A stretch of DNA of 64,000 nucleotides. Origin: an uncultured virus (IMG/VR IMGVR_UViG_2061766007_002377) (taxonomy: Duplodnaviria; Heunggongvirae; Uroviricota; Caudoviricetes). Below are positions 10,803 through 21,668 of the stretch, in pieces. The notes under the pieces were generated by a model. It was given only the letters and a program-made list of their open reading frames with translations, ran no database searches and was not told the DNA's origin. Position 1 is the first letter of the stretch, and each line of letters begins with the position of its first letter. The DNA lies in IMG/VR virus record IMGVR_UViG_2061766007_002377. One strand, 5' to 3'. A program made the translations under genes and the position numbers.

Positions 10803-11753
10803 TTGCCGCCTTCCTTTCCTCTTCATCGATTTCAGCAAGAAGCCTTGCTACCTGCCTGTCTGCCTCTTCACGCCTCTTTCTCTCGGCCTCTGTTTCTCCT
10901 GTAATTTCATGCGGGGCATCCTTCTTCTTTGCCTGTCGGTTGTCATAGTTGCCGTTGAAGACCTTGGTGAAGTTGTCAAGGTCTATGAACCATGTGAAAC
11001 TTGCAGACCAGTTCTTGTTGTTATATCCACGCAGGAAGTCACTCTTTGCGAGCTTGTCAAATGTCTCGTTGATGTCATCTGCGGAGAAGTGGCTCAGGAT
11101 CGTACTGACGCTCATTTCATCCTTAACGGTTGTCTTTCTGACCTTCTGGAGACCACTAACGCTGTTGAATTTACTCATCCACTCGGANNNNNNNNNNNNN
11201 NNNNNNNNNNNNNNNNNNNNNCGTTGTATGCAGCAGTGGTCTTGTCGACACTTTGGATAGAATTATTTTTTGTATCCGGTTCAGGAAGAGAGGGGGTAGG
11301 GGGTGTATTATTACCTATACTAACCTTACCTATACTAACCTTACCTAACCTATCCTGTGTATCCAAAATGTATCCATCTTGTATACATGGGTCACTTTCC
11401 TGCCCTTTAATCTTTTCCGTATAAGCATTTTTTTGGTCTAAAGTCAGGGTTCCCAACTCTTCAAGATAGGTTGTGTCTCTGTGTCTGTCATTCTGGAGAT
11501 AGTTATTTATCTTCCAGTGCTTGATGACGATGACTCCGCTCTCAAATCCAAGAACGTACCTCTTGGCAAGTAGGATCTGTAAGTCATCCGTGCTTGCTCC
11601 GCACTGTCTCATAATCGACCTAGGACTTCCTACAAATCCGTCATCATCTGCGAGCATACCGAGAGTGAAGTACAGACATCTTGCGCTCATCGGCATATCG
11701 AGGAACACATCAGACAAGACGATTGATTTTGCGAACATTCTACGTTCAGCCAT
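10789..11753 (-). CDS. Phage replication initiator (replisome-organiser type), gap inside
   Basis: MAERRMFAKSIV...FLDMPMSARCLYF N-terminus; internal ACCTATACTAACCTT iteron-like repeats ~11313-11350; NFTKVFNGNY C-terminus. Confidence 0.75.
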
Positions 11754-11808
11754 TACTCTCTTTCCTCCTTATCGAAAGTTCCCCTTGCAACGGCGGGCNN
11801 NNNNNNNN

Positions 11809-11952
11809 AAAGGCAGAACGCAGTGCCGTGCCTGCACTGTAACCTTCCGGCAGAACCAACTGATTCTTGCCCGCAAGGTCATCGATTCTTGCCATAACCG
11901 AATCCGAAATGTCCTTGACCAGAGCAGGGACATTGATTTTCTCTTCAGCCAT
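11809..11952 (-). CDS. recT: RecT-family recombinase N-terminal fragment
   Basis: LVLPEGYSAGTALRSAF; follows the YqaJ gene. Confidence 0.55.
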
Positions 11953-12194
11953 TTTTCTCCTCCTTCTTGGCTCTTGGGAAGTTGACTCTGAACTCCCTTG
12001 ACTTTGTTGTTGTGTTGTATGAGGCAAAGTCGATTTCCGGGTGGTCGGCTTTCAAGGCATCAAGGTCAAAGCCTTTCTTCTCTTTCTCCTGCCAACCGCA
12101 CAGGGTCTCCACCTTGCCTTTCTCATTGGTGTTTACAAAGGCTTTGCCTGCATCGAGCATCTCAACGAGTTTTGCCTTGTACTCNNNNNNNNNN

Positions 12195-13043
12195 GTCCTT
12201 CTCAATCCAACCGCACAGGGTCTCGACCTTGCCCTTCTCGTTGGTGTTCACAAAGGCTTTGCCTGCATCGAGCATCTCAACGAGTTTTGCCTTGTACTCC
12301 TTTTCCTTTGCCTCTGCCTTGGTCTTCACCGCATGGACGGCAGACAGTTTGCCGTAGATGGCAAGCACTTCATCGTTTGCCCCTGTGCCTTCTGCCTCAA
12401 GGTCTGCTTTGCGACCATAGAACGATACGATATTTTCATATCCTTCCAAGTTAGGAATGATTCCCTTCTCAAAGGCATCATGCGTTTCTCTGACTCTTTT
12501 TCTGATGTCATTGATAATCGTTTCATCCGGCAGAATCTCATAGATACAGACCCTGTTTCCCCTCATGCAGCCGACATAGACAACATCACAGGGAACACCG
12601 CAGGCAAAGTAGGACTGCACCTGAAAGAAGTAGTTCAGCGGGATTTGGTCTGTGCCTTCCTCTCCCCACCCCTCGGCAAAGGGAGCCACGCATTTGATTT
12701 CTATGGCCGCCCTTCTGTCCTTGCTATCTCTGCCGATTACAATGCGGTCAGGATGGCAGATGAAATACGGAAGGTCTGCTTTCCAGTAAGCTGTCTCTCC
12801 GCACTTCTTGATTCTGACATTGAGCTTCTTTGCCACAAACTGTGCGACACTCTCTTCAAAGAATGTGCCGAACTCCATGCTCTTTTCCGCTTCCTCGGAG
12901 ACTTCCTTCTTGCTCTCGATGCCTTGGAATTGGTCGAACAGTTCGACAATGGACTTATAACCGCATCCGTACAGAGTCCCTGTCTGTGAGGCCGAGAAGA
13001 CCATAGATCCGATGGCAATTTTGCCGTGACAGGTCTTACTCAT
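12195..13043 (-). CDS. YqaJ-like viral recombinase exonuclease (C-terminus continues after gap)
   Basis: SASQ, FGTFFE, HPDR, EIKC, YFFQVQSY motifs. Confidence 0.8.
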
Positions 13044-13288
13044 TTGCGGCCCTCATAGTTCTTGAAGATGATGCGGAAGGTGATTGTATCACCGCTCTTG
13101 AACTCTCTTGTGCAGTTGACTCCTTCAAACTGCATGAACTCCGGCAGACTCTTCTTTGAGCCGAATGTGAACACCTGCTGAAGGAAGGCTCTTGTGAAAG
13201 CCTCAATCCTTTCGTCCGTGTTGTCCACGGGGCGTGTTTCCTCTTTGGGCATTTCCGTTACATTGCCGATGTTTATATCCATGCTCAT
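13040..13288 (-). CDS. Phage hypothetical protein
   Basis: Homologue at 36583-36813. Confidence 0.6.
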   Translation of the reverse strand: MSMDINIGNVTEMPKEETRPVDNTDERIEAFTRAFLQQVFTFGSKKSLPEFMQFEGVNCTREFKSGDTITFRIIFKNYEGRK

Positions 13289-13466
13289 GCTCCTTCTCCC
13301 TCTTCCAGGACTTCATCTATTGCTTCCATGAGCCTTGTAAGTCTCTGAAGCTGACTGTATTTCTTGCGGAAGTACCGCAGTTCGTCCTTTGCTCTTTCCA
13401 ACAGATTCTCGGTCTTGTCGGAATCCAACAGGATTGTCCGAAGGCTCTCATAAGAACCGCCCTTTT
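13285..13466 (-). CDS. C-terminal fragment of the partner protein of the Cas7-like module (homologue of 28536-29009)
   Basis: KGGSYESLRTILLD...RAKDELRYFRKKYSQL. Confidence 0.75.
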
Positions 13467-13501
13467 NNNNNNNNNNCATTTTTATCCTCCGAAAGTCGGT
13501 A

Positions 13502-13601
13502 TAGGTTGCTGTTGCGAAATCGGATAGAATACAGATGTCTCATATATCTGTATTTATACCGATTGACCGTTGGGTTTCCGTTTTCCCGGCGGTCTCTTTT
13601 T
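13502..13601 (+). ncRNA. Putative promoter-sRNA-terminator unit antisense to the early operon
   Basis: TAGGTT-N17-TAGAAT (13502-13530); GACCG..CGGTC hairpin followed by a T run. Confidence 0.5.
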
Positions 13602-13602
13602 A

Positions 13603-13699
13603 TGCGGAGCAAAGGGGTTGAACCTTCAGGCAGTATTTCTATGGCTCTGTCCAACAGCATTCTTATATAAAGGAGTTCTGCCGTTACCGAACCTCCGCA
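13603..13699 (-). ncRNA. tRNA-like RNA with variable core
   Basis: TGCGGAG/CTCCGCA stem plus T-arm GG-TTCAACC-CC; homologue at 36956-37056. Confidence 0.55.
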
Positions 13700-14013
13700 N
13701 NNNNNNNNNGAAAGTCATCAAACTCCGCAAAGGCAACAGGCTCCCATCCAAGCGGATGCCATGCAACCGTACAGGCTTCAATGCCTGAAAAAAGTGAAAG
13801 GTATTTCATTCTGCGTACCTCACTTTCACCACCGCCCNNNNNNNNNNTGAACTGTCGTATATCGTTCTGCTCTGTGTTTCCTTGCCTGCTGCATTGCCAA
13901 TCTTTTTCACCCTTGCTACTCTCTCTCTCTCTCTCTCTCGGCGGGACCCACAGTCCGGATGAATGTCGATGTTGACTTNNNNNNNNNNGGGAGAAAAAAG
14001 ATTCCTTGCTATC

Positions 14014-14292
14014 CTATACGCACACCTCCGCAGCAGAATTTTTTATGTCCTTGCCTGTGAGCCGTATCTCATCGGCATGGTCATCAGTGATTGTCTTGAG
14101 GACGGAAGGCGGTACTATGATTCCGGGGTGAAACTCCAGGATTGACTTGAGATACCACCTTTCCCTTCCCATTGCCATGACAGGCTGTGCGAAAGCTTCA
14201 GGATGCTTTTCTCTGTATCTGTTGAAAGTAGGCAGAGAGACCTGAAGAATCTGTGCGTATTCGGTCTTGCCGATCAGCGTCAGGTCAGGCAT
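14014..14292 (-). CDS. Excisionase/AlpA-like HTH protein
   Basis: EYAQILQVSLPTFNRYR; homologue at 37129-37407. Confidence 0.6.
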   Translation of the reverse strand: MPDLTLIGKTEYAQILQVSLPTFNRYREKHPEAFAQPVMAMGRERWYLKSILEFHPGIIVPPSVLKTITDDHADEIRLTGKDIKNSAAEVCV

Positions 14293-14508
14293 TGGTTTCC
14301 TCTTTTCCTTCGAAAATCGAAGATTTCTCTGCAAAAAAAATCTTCATCATGTCCTTGTTCTCAATGTTCAGAATGCTCTGAAGGCTCTTTGCTTCAGGAA
14401 CGGTGAAAGAAGTTCTTCCTGCGAGTTTATTATTGAGTGAGCCGATAGAAATGCCCATAACTGCACAGACTTCTTCTTTTGTCTTGCCTGTTTTTTTGAT
14501 TCTGGCTG
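14285..14508 (-). CDS. Cro-like HTH regulator (5' end lost in gap)
   Basis: VCAVMGISIGSLNNKLAGRTSFT read from the minus strand. Confidence 0.6.
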
Positions 14509-14519
14509 ANNNNNNNNNN

Positions 14520-14715
14520 GAAACTGTCTGTGGCTTTAGGAGTCTCCCCTTCCGCGTTCTTCTTTGAAGAAAACACCCTGTCAGACGTTGAGCAGAGCAT
14601 AATCAGGCATTACAGGGAAAACCCATCCTTCCGTGCCGGAGTAGACAGTCTGATAGCCGCATTCAATGCACAAAAAAATTTTGGAGAGGAGTCCTCTCTA
14701 AAGCAGGCAAAATAA
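14520..14715 (+). CDS. CI-like repressor C-terminal part
   Basis: ALGVSPSAFF...EQSIIRHYR; same position as CI in copy B. Confidence 0.55.
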
Positions 14716-14775
14716 TAAAGGTGTTCTGAATTATACAAAACACCCTTGTTTTATAAACGTATACCCGTTATTTTA

Positions 14776-15933
14776 TCAGGCCAACGAGAACTGAACCTCT
14801 CTGACAACCTTCAGGTCATCAACATCCAAGTGTGCATAATGCTCGGTCATCTTGTCACTCTCATGTCCGATGATTGCCTGAATCTTGCTGTTGGGAATGT
14901 CCGCTGCAAGAAGCCTTGTGTTCAGGAAGTGTCTGAAGCTGTGGAAGGTCAGAGGAGCCGTCTTGTTCTCATAGTCAAAAAACAGGGCCTCCTTGGCTTT
15001 GTTTATCTCATCCATCTTGTCCTTCAGCCTTGTGTTGAAGTATTTGTCCTTGACCGGAGTTTTGCCGTTTAGAGTGAAGAACAAGGCATCAGGGAAAGGC
15101 GGTGCGATTTCCATGAGAAGGTTGTACACATCGCTGTTGATCGGAACCACGCGCTCCCATCCGCTCTTGGTGGACTTGCGGCCTTCCTCGTCCGACCAAG
15201 ATGCGTTTACAACGATGCGGTCAGAAAATACCTGTCTTGGAGTCAAGGCACGAACCTCACCGATTCTCATGCCTGTGCGTGAGGCAACGAAACAGGCGGT
15301 GTATGCCCACTTGTCTTCCCACGGATTTTCAAACAATGCCCTTATCTGCTCAAGGGTGAACGCACCCTTTCTGACGCTCTTTCTGACAAGGGGTTTGATG
15401 CCCTTTGCCGGATTGCGGTCAAGTCTTCTCTCAAGGGTGGCCTGGTCGAGCATCTGCCGTAGGACGAAGAAGGCATCGTTTGCCGTCTTGTTGGAGATGT
15501 TTGCCTTGGCAGGGAGGTCGAGCAGCCACTGTTCAATGACGGCATAGGTGAGGCTTCGCAGAAGGACTTTGCCGAGATACGGCTTGATGTGGTCATCGAA
15601 CTTCTGCTGATTCTGACTTGCGACCTTGGGGGAGAAATGACCGCCACGGGCAAGTTTGCCTCTGACAATGGGGCAGGTATCGAAGTTCCAGAAGTCCTTG
15701 CCGTAGGCAGACAGGGTGATTGTGCTTTCCCTGTGCCTGTCCTTTGTGCTTGGAATCAGAGTACCGCTCTTCTCTCTTTCAAGGACAAGCTCCTTGGCTT
15801 CTGCCTTCCTCATGCATCCTGTGGAGAACGTGCGCCTTTTGAGGTCTTCATCATAGACCCAATAGTACCAAGGAAGACCTTCTCCCTTTCTGTATAATTC
15901 CCACCGATATGCTTTTTTGGTCATGCCTCCCAT
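14776..15933 (-). CDS. int: Tyrosine integrase
   Basis: TGMRIGE, TKSG, HSFRH, IIGH, HYAH catalytic motifs. Confidence 0.95.
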   Translation of the reverse strand: MGGMTKKAYRWELYRKGEGLPWYYWVYDEDLKRRTFSTGCMRKAEAKELVLEREKSGTLIPSTKDRHRESTITLSAYGKDFWNFDTCPIVRGKLARGGHFSPKVASQNQQKFDDHIKPYLGKVLLRSLTYAVIEQWLLDLPAKANISNKTANDAFFVLRQMLDQATLERRLDRNPAKGIKPLVRKSVRKGAFTLEQIRALFENPWEDKWAYTACFVASRTGMRIGEVRALTPRQVFSDRIVVNASWSDEEGRKSTKSGWERVVPINSDVYNLLMEIAPPFPDALFFTLNGKTPVKDKYFNTRLKDKMDEINKAKEALFFDYENKTAPLTFHSFRHFLNTRLLAADIPNSKIQAIIGHESDKMTEHYAHLDVDDLKVVREVQFSLA

Positions 15934-15985
15934 ACTAAACCCCCTTTTTTTCATTGGATTACTGTTTCTTTTTTGTTTCTACTAG

Positions 15986-16018
15986 GGTTAAGTGTACATG
16001 GAAAATGTTGTCTTGTAA
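15986..16018 (-). promoter_or_regulatory. Sigma70-like integrase promoter
   Basis: TTTACA-N17-TACACT, conserved in copy B near 39340-39368. Confidence 0.55.
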
Positions 16019-16028
16019 AGAAATAAAA

Positions 16029-16220
16029 ACTGGGGAAGAAGGAATCGAATCTATGGGATTTACCTAATAAAACCTTACAAAACATAAAATTACTCGACAA
16101 AACTCGAAAAAAATCCTTCGAGTTTTGTTTAGTTTTGTTAGGTTTTGTTTAGTTTTTTTCAGTTTTGTTCAGTTTTGTTCAAAAAGTATTGTTTCTAGTA
16201 TTGTTTCTAGTAGAAACAAA
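16029..16220. other. attP-like region: 23-bp core resembling a tRNA 3' end plus TTGTTTCT arm-type repeats
   Basis: ACTGGGGAAGAAGGAATCGAATC identical at 39378-39400; TATTGTTTCTAG x2 plus inverted TAGAAACAA; AGTTTTGTT 10-bp repeats 16120-16180. Confidence 0.65.
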
Positions 16221-16335
16221 AAATCGATAAATTTTCGGCCTCAAAAATAAGGTAGAAAACGCCAATCGCACCAAAAAGGTGAGATTTGCCTGTCACACCA
16301 ACCTCTGTTTCTGTCATCCAATGGGAAAATGGCCT

Positions 16336-16745
16336 AAAAAGACCCCCTGTCGCAATGGCGGACGGCAGGGGGAACGCAACTATTAACCACAGGAGGTATC
16401 ATCTATGACACCTTTAGTATATCAGCACGGATGCGGGCAACCTATATCCAATCGGCAGAAAAAAGATGCCCTTGGGGAAATGGGCAAAACCCAAGGGCAA
16501 AACAGTAAGGAACTCAAATGAACAACTCAAGACGAACCAAGAAAAAGGCTATCTATCCGAACGGTTTGCTATAATCATTGTAAGGCCGCATTGCCGTACA
16601 ACCTATACTGACTTTCAAAAAAAGATGTCCGTGGAGAAATCACAAACCACGGACAAGCCACATAAAGGAAAAACAAAATACGGACAACAGAAAAACTGTT
16701 CGCAACTATCTATATTATATATAGGCTATCCTCTGTAACCTATAC
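16336..16745 (-). ncRNA. Three tandem promoter-sRNA-terminator units
   Basis: TAGGTT-N17-TATAAT/TACAAT/TATACT at 16714-16742, 16577-16605 and 16416-16444, each followed by a GC hairpin and TCTTTTT. Confidence 0.6.
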
Positions 16746-16776
16746 CGAGAAGAGATAAAATGGAATCCGAATGGAA

Positions 16777-18787
16777 TTATCTTAGCCCTGAAGAAATAAC
16801 ACGCCTTCTCATCTGCCGTGCTATCTGCACTTCGGCATCACTTCTTTTTGCCGTAAGGCTTGCTCTCTGCTCTGCTGCAATGCTCTCCCAATCATCATCA
16901 AGAAGGGTATCAAGTTGGGCAATGTAGGCCATAGCGTAGTTGTACACCACACAGTCCAGAACTTCGTTTCTCTCATGGCCGGGCATCTTCTCCCATTGCG
17001 GAAGGTCTGTCTTGGGATTGATGATAAGATGCTCGGAGATAAGTTGGTCATAAAACTGATCCGAGTATCCGTCCGGAAACTCCATGAACGAGTACACTCC
17101 GTCAAAGTCATTCTTCAGAAGGTCGCGGTACACATCCCTCTTTATCTGGTCGACAGGCACATCGTAGTAGACCACAGGCGTTTCTTCCCTGCTTGCCCTT
17201 GTCTGTTTCCTGTCAGGCACATTGGACAGCCTTCTTGGGTCTGAAAAACCTCTTGTAGGGTAGAATGTGGCACTCTGGTATCTTCTGTATATGTTGTCTA
17301 TGACACGGCTCTCAAAGCCTCGGTCAAGGCCGTTGGCAACGCTTCGCAGAACAAAACCGTCCTCACGCTCCCACAGACCACAGATAATCTTCTGATAATA
17401 CTCTGCCCAGATTGTGCCGTCCAAGTCCTTGATTTCCTCTCCCGGCGGAAGCTCAAAGATGTAATGGTCAATCGGAATATGGCGCATCCTCTTGCCCCAA
17501 CCCATGACAGTGACCTCGACACGGTTCTTCTGAACATCCCCTGCGGTGGTCACAATATTCACCCATTTCGGGGCAATTCCCCTCTTCTCTAGTGAGTCCG
17601 CACCCCGTTTCATGAGATTTTCGACACTAGGAGTGTCCGCAAGTTCATGGTACTGCTGACACAACACTGTGTTGTAGAAGGCAATGAGCAATGCCCTTTT
17701 CTTGCTCTCGTCCTTCTGCGAGAGGGCATTGTGGTACTCCTGTGCAATCTGAATCCAATTCAGCCACCCTTCAGGAGCATAGAAGGTCGGAAGGAAAAAC
17801 CCCTCATGGTCGGAAGGCGCACCCTCGTTGGTGGCAATCCACTCCGCTCCGTTGTCAGGGTCAAGCATCCATGTCTTGTCGCGGTTGTGTACGGCGTTGG
17901 TGCAGTACGGACACTGCATCCAAGCATCCGTGACCTCCTTACCTTCCTCATTGGTACTGTAGTGGAAATGCTCAAGCTCAAATGTGAACTTNNNNNNNNN
18001 NGCCTTCCTCATTGGTACTGTAGTGGAAATGCTCAAGCTCAAATGTGAACTTCTTCCCACAGCACGGACAGGGAACGAAATACTTGCGGAAGGTGGACTG
18101 CTCCATGCGTGTGAGGATATGGGAGTGGTCATTGCCCGGAGTCGATGAGAAGACCAGTTTTCGTGTCTCGGCAAACGTGTTGGTTCTCTTGGTCAGTTGT
18201 GTTATGGGGTCTCCGTTTCCGCCTACATCCTTTGGATATGTGTCTATCTCATCGGCAATCATAATGGCAACAGAGTACGAACGCATGGCGGCCTCTGTGT
18301 TTGCGGATATGAACTTGAGAAAGCCTCCGGGATATAACTTCTCATTCAGCGTATCTCCCGTTGACCTTGCCCCTTGTCCGAATTTTGCCTTAATCAGAGG
18401 ATTTGCCGTCATTATCGGATTGAACTTGGTCTTTACGAAGCTCTTTAACTCTCCGTCATTGGAGAAGGCAAAACCCTGCGGTCTTGGGTAAGAGTCGGCA
18501 TAATAGGCCATTGCTCCGCACTCGGTTATGGTCTTGCCTGTCTGTGCGCCGAAGCAAAGGTCTATCTCCCTGACCGGAGAAGATGGACTCATAGCCTCAA
18601 GCGGTGCAACCTGATACGGCGCACGTTTGGGATTGTACAGACCCGGTTCTGATGTGTCGGACGGAAAATGGAAGTTCTCTGCCATCCATTCAACCACGCT
18701 CTGCCGTTTGGCAGGCTCAAGCAGACCGATTATCTGCGCCGTTATGAAAGTCCTTGATATTTGCTTCTCATTCTGCTGCTGACTCAT
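16777..18787 (-). CDS. terL: Terminase large subunit, lambda gpA family (gap with duplicated flank at ~18000)
   Basis: PYQ, GAQTGKT, ADEID, STP, PCPCC, GDVQ, RNEVLDC motifs. Confidence 0.9.
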
Positions 18788-19557
18788 TTTCCGTTACCTG
18801 CCCTACGGCATCCTGGAAGTTATGGCAAATCTGCTCGGCCTCATCCTGAAGCACGCTCTTGAGAAGTGTCCTCTCTTCGTTTGTCATGCTCCGTCCTATC
18901 ATGTCCTCAAGCCTTCCATTCAGGCGCGAAGCATAGCGGTCAGGAATCTGCATGATGGAGGCCGTCAGAACAGGAAAGATAAGGGAGAGCATCTGCACCA
19001 CTTCCTGTCTTGAAATCAGTTCCTTCTGCTTTTCCTTGTACTGCTGATAGCGAAGGTTGGCCATGCATTTGTCGGTGGCCTTCTTCCAATCGACATAGNN
19101 NNNNNNNNNNNNNNNNNNNCAAAAATGACCCGCTCGGATCTACTTCCCAACAGTCGGCATTGTCAGGGTCTTCAGGGTCGAAGAATGAAAGAACCTCGGA
19201 GTTGGGAAGGTCGGGAACAGAGATGTCACTGACCTTTTCCGAAGGCACAGGAGGAGCCTTGTCGGAGAGTTTGCCACCTCCGAAAATAACAGCGTCCTTT
19301 TTGTCGCGCCGTCCTCCCCTGTTGCCTTTGGGATTCATCCTCTGCTTGGAGAATATTGCCCTTGTGACCGCCCAATCGTACCACTCGCCTTTGTATCCAT
19401 CGAGGGTGGTACGGGTGTACTTACCCTTCAGCGTTTCCCTTGAGAGAACCTGTCTTGCTATTCCGAGCCTTTGGGCGCAGACAATCTGTGTAACGTACTC
19501 TCTTCCGCCGACTCTGACAGACCCGCGCTGTTCGGCTTTACTCTTGGAAAGACCCAT
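18768..19557 (-). CDS. terS: Terminase small subunit (gap inside)
   Basis: N-terminal HTH, ELISR.EV coiled coil, directly upstream of terL. Confidence 0.65.
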
Positions 19558-19780
19558 CGCAGTTCCTTGTTATTCTCTGCACACTGTCAAGCAGAGCCGA
19601 TTCGACCTCATACTCATTGTCCGGTGTTGCAAGTTGCACAGAGTCTTCTCCGAGGCGGTTGAATATCGATGTGCGGAAATGGCATCCCTCGCTTCGCAGA
19701 TACTCAAAGACCCCTTCCTTGCCCGTCAGGGTGTTGAAGCGTCTAGTGTCCACAGGCTCGCCAAAACGTGTTTTGTACAC
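19538..19780 (-). CDS. Hypothetical protein leading the terminase operon
   Basis: Homologue at 42771-43034. Confidence 0.55.
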   Translation of the reverse strand: MYKTRFGEPVDTRRFNTLTGKEGVFEYLRSEGCHFRTSIFNRLGEDSVQLATPDNEYEVESALLDSVQRITRNCDGSFQE

Positions 19781-19903
19781 TATCGTAGGATTCTTTNNNN
19801 NNNNNNNNNNNNNNNNNNNNNNNNNNNNNNNNCCTATCCCTACATTTCCCTACGTTTCCCAAAAGACCCTTTTTTTGACCTTGCGTATGTTAGGGTGCGA
19901 ATT

Positions 19904-20167
19904 ATGAAAGACTACTCCGCCAAACTTGCTGCTTTGAGAGCAGAACTTGAGGAATACAAGAGCGCAAGAACCTCGATTCTTACAACGGGGCAGTCTTGGC
20001 GCATCCGCAATGGGGAAGATAGCAGGGAATACACCGCCGCCTCTCTTGGACAGATTAACGCACAGATTCAGGAAATCGAGCGTCAGATTGCCGTTCTTGA
20101 GGACATTGTAGAAGGCGGCTCTTATGGCTGTCCCAATGCCGTGCGTATCAGAGCGAGGGTCTTATGA
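19904..20167 (+). CDS. gpW-like head completion protein
   Basis: GQSWRI...REYTAASL; just upstream of the portal. Confidence 0.65.
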   Translation: MKDYSAKLAALRAELEEYKSARTSILTTGQSWRIRNGEDSREYTAASLGQINAQIQEIERQIAVLEDIVEGGSYGCPNAVRIRARVL

Positions 20168-21668
20168 GCGGAAGCATCTATCGTACCACCAAAAGAGGCC
20201 ATGTAGGGACAGCATACTACTCCCTCGATGTTAATGCCTATGTCACCGCTTTCCTGAAGAATCTTCAGGACAGAAACCTCAAGGCCGTCAGCGAGACCGC
20301 AATCGGGTCGATGCTGATTAACACCTTTGTCTCGTTCACCCTCGGAGAAGGATTAGAGCCGCAGTCCTCACCCGAAACATCCGTCACAGGATGGACGGAA
20401 GAACAGCGCAGTACCTTCATCTCACAGGCAGAGTCCTTCTTCCGCCGCTATGCAGGGTCAAAGAAAATCGACCACTACGGCAAGTGCAATTTCCAACAGC
20501 TTCAGGCAATCGCCCTTCGCAATTGCCTTGTGGACGGAGACAGTCTTCTTCACCGCTCATACAGAAACGGCTTCCATGATTATGAGCCGTATGTTCAGGT
20601 GCTTTCCGGCAGATGGGTCAGAAATCCCAATGCCGAGATGGACACAAAGAGACTCATAGGCGGTGTTGCCTTTGACAAGGCAGGCAGAGAAGTCGGCTAT
20701 TTCATCGGTGAGACATCTGCCGACCTTGTGGACAACTTCACTTCCTATTTTGTCCGCAAGTTCAACCCCAAGAGCGGTTTTGAGGAGTTCGACCTCATCC
20801 GCCTTGACCTGCATGAAGCCAATCAGGTGCGTGGTCTGCCTGTCCTTGCTCCTGTGCTTGAGGACATTTTCGACCTTGAGACCTTCAAGGCCGCATACAA
20901 GGCAAAGGCCGCAACACAGGCACTGTTCACAGGCATCATCACAAGTGAGAAGGACGCTCCGGCTCCTGTTGTCTCCACAGTCGATACACTTCGTAATCTG
21001 TCCAAACCAACTACTGTCGAGGAAGCAAAAGAAGCCATTGCCGCAGGTCAGGTCAACGATATTTCCCTCGGAAGCGGAAACATCATCCAACTCAATCCCG
21101 GAGAGAAGTGGGAACAGGCGGAGAGCAAAGTCCCTGCCACCGACTATGACAAGTTCGTGGAAAGCGAACTGACGCACATTGCATCCGGTGTCGGTAACGG
21201 CGGNNNNNNNNNNNNNNNNNGTACAACGATAACTACTCTGCGTCCAGAGCCACCATTGCCGGACAGGAAAAGAAATTCAAGAATCTGCGTTCTGTGTTCT
21301 CCACACAGTTCTGCGACCCCATTTGGGAACAGGTCATAGATTGGGGCATCCGCAAAGGCTACATCGAGGCACCCGGCTACATCGAGGGTGATTGGATGTT
21401 CCGCAAGAGCGTTCTTGCCTGCACATGGATAGGCCCGTCTCCCATCAACATTGATCCGAAGAAGGAAGTCGAAGCACACATCATGGCAATCAATGCAGGT
21501 CTTGAGACCAAGGAAGATGCCGTTCGTGAGATGTTCGGCAAGGACTATGAGGAGACAGTCGAGCGCAGAGTCCATGAGAAGGAACTTGAAGAGTCTTTCG
21601 GTCTGACAGAAGACCTTAATCCCGATATTAAACCTTCAAAACAGGAGGAAGAGGAAACAGATGAGTAA
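20164..21668 (+). CDS. Portal protein, lambda family (gap inside)
   Basis: GGVAFD..GR, QVRGLP, YSASR, IDPKKEV. Confidence 0.85.

Noticed and set aside
6824..12989. Long plus-strand ORFs such as 6824-7588, 10669-11424 and 11967-12989
   Set aside because: Antisense shadows of well-supported minus-strand genes, with no recognisable motifs
16405..16521. Plus-strand small peptides with strong SD (also from 39782)
   Set aside because: Peptides not conserved between copies and they run through opposite-strand promoters or the tRNA; kept only as the alternative to the anti-SD sRNA model
17930..18050. Tandem duplications flanking 10-N gaps (also ~1560-1720, 12100-12300, 28860-29230, 34300-34680)
   Set aside because: Pattern typical of scaffolding overlaps or merged strain variants
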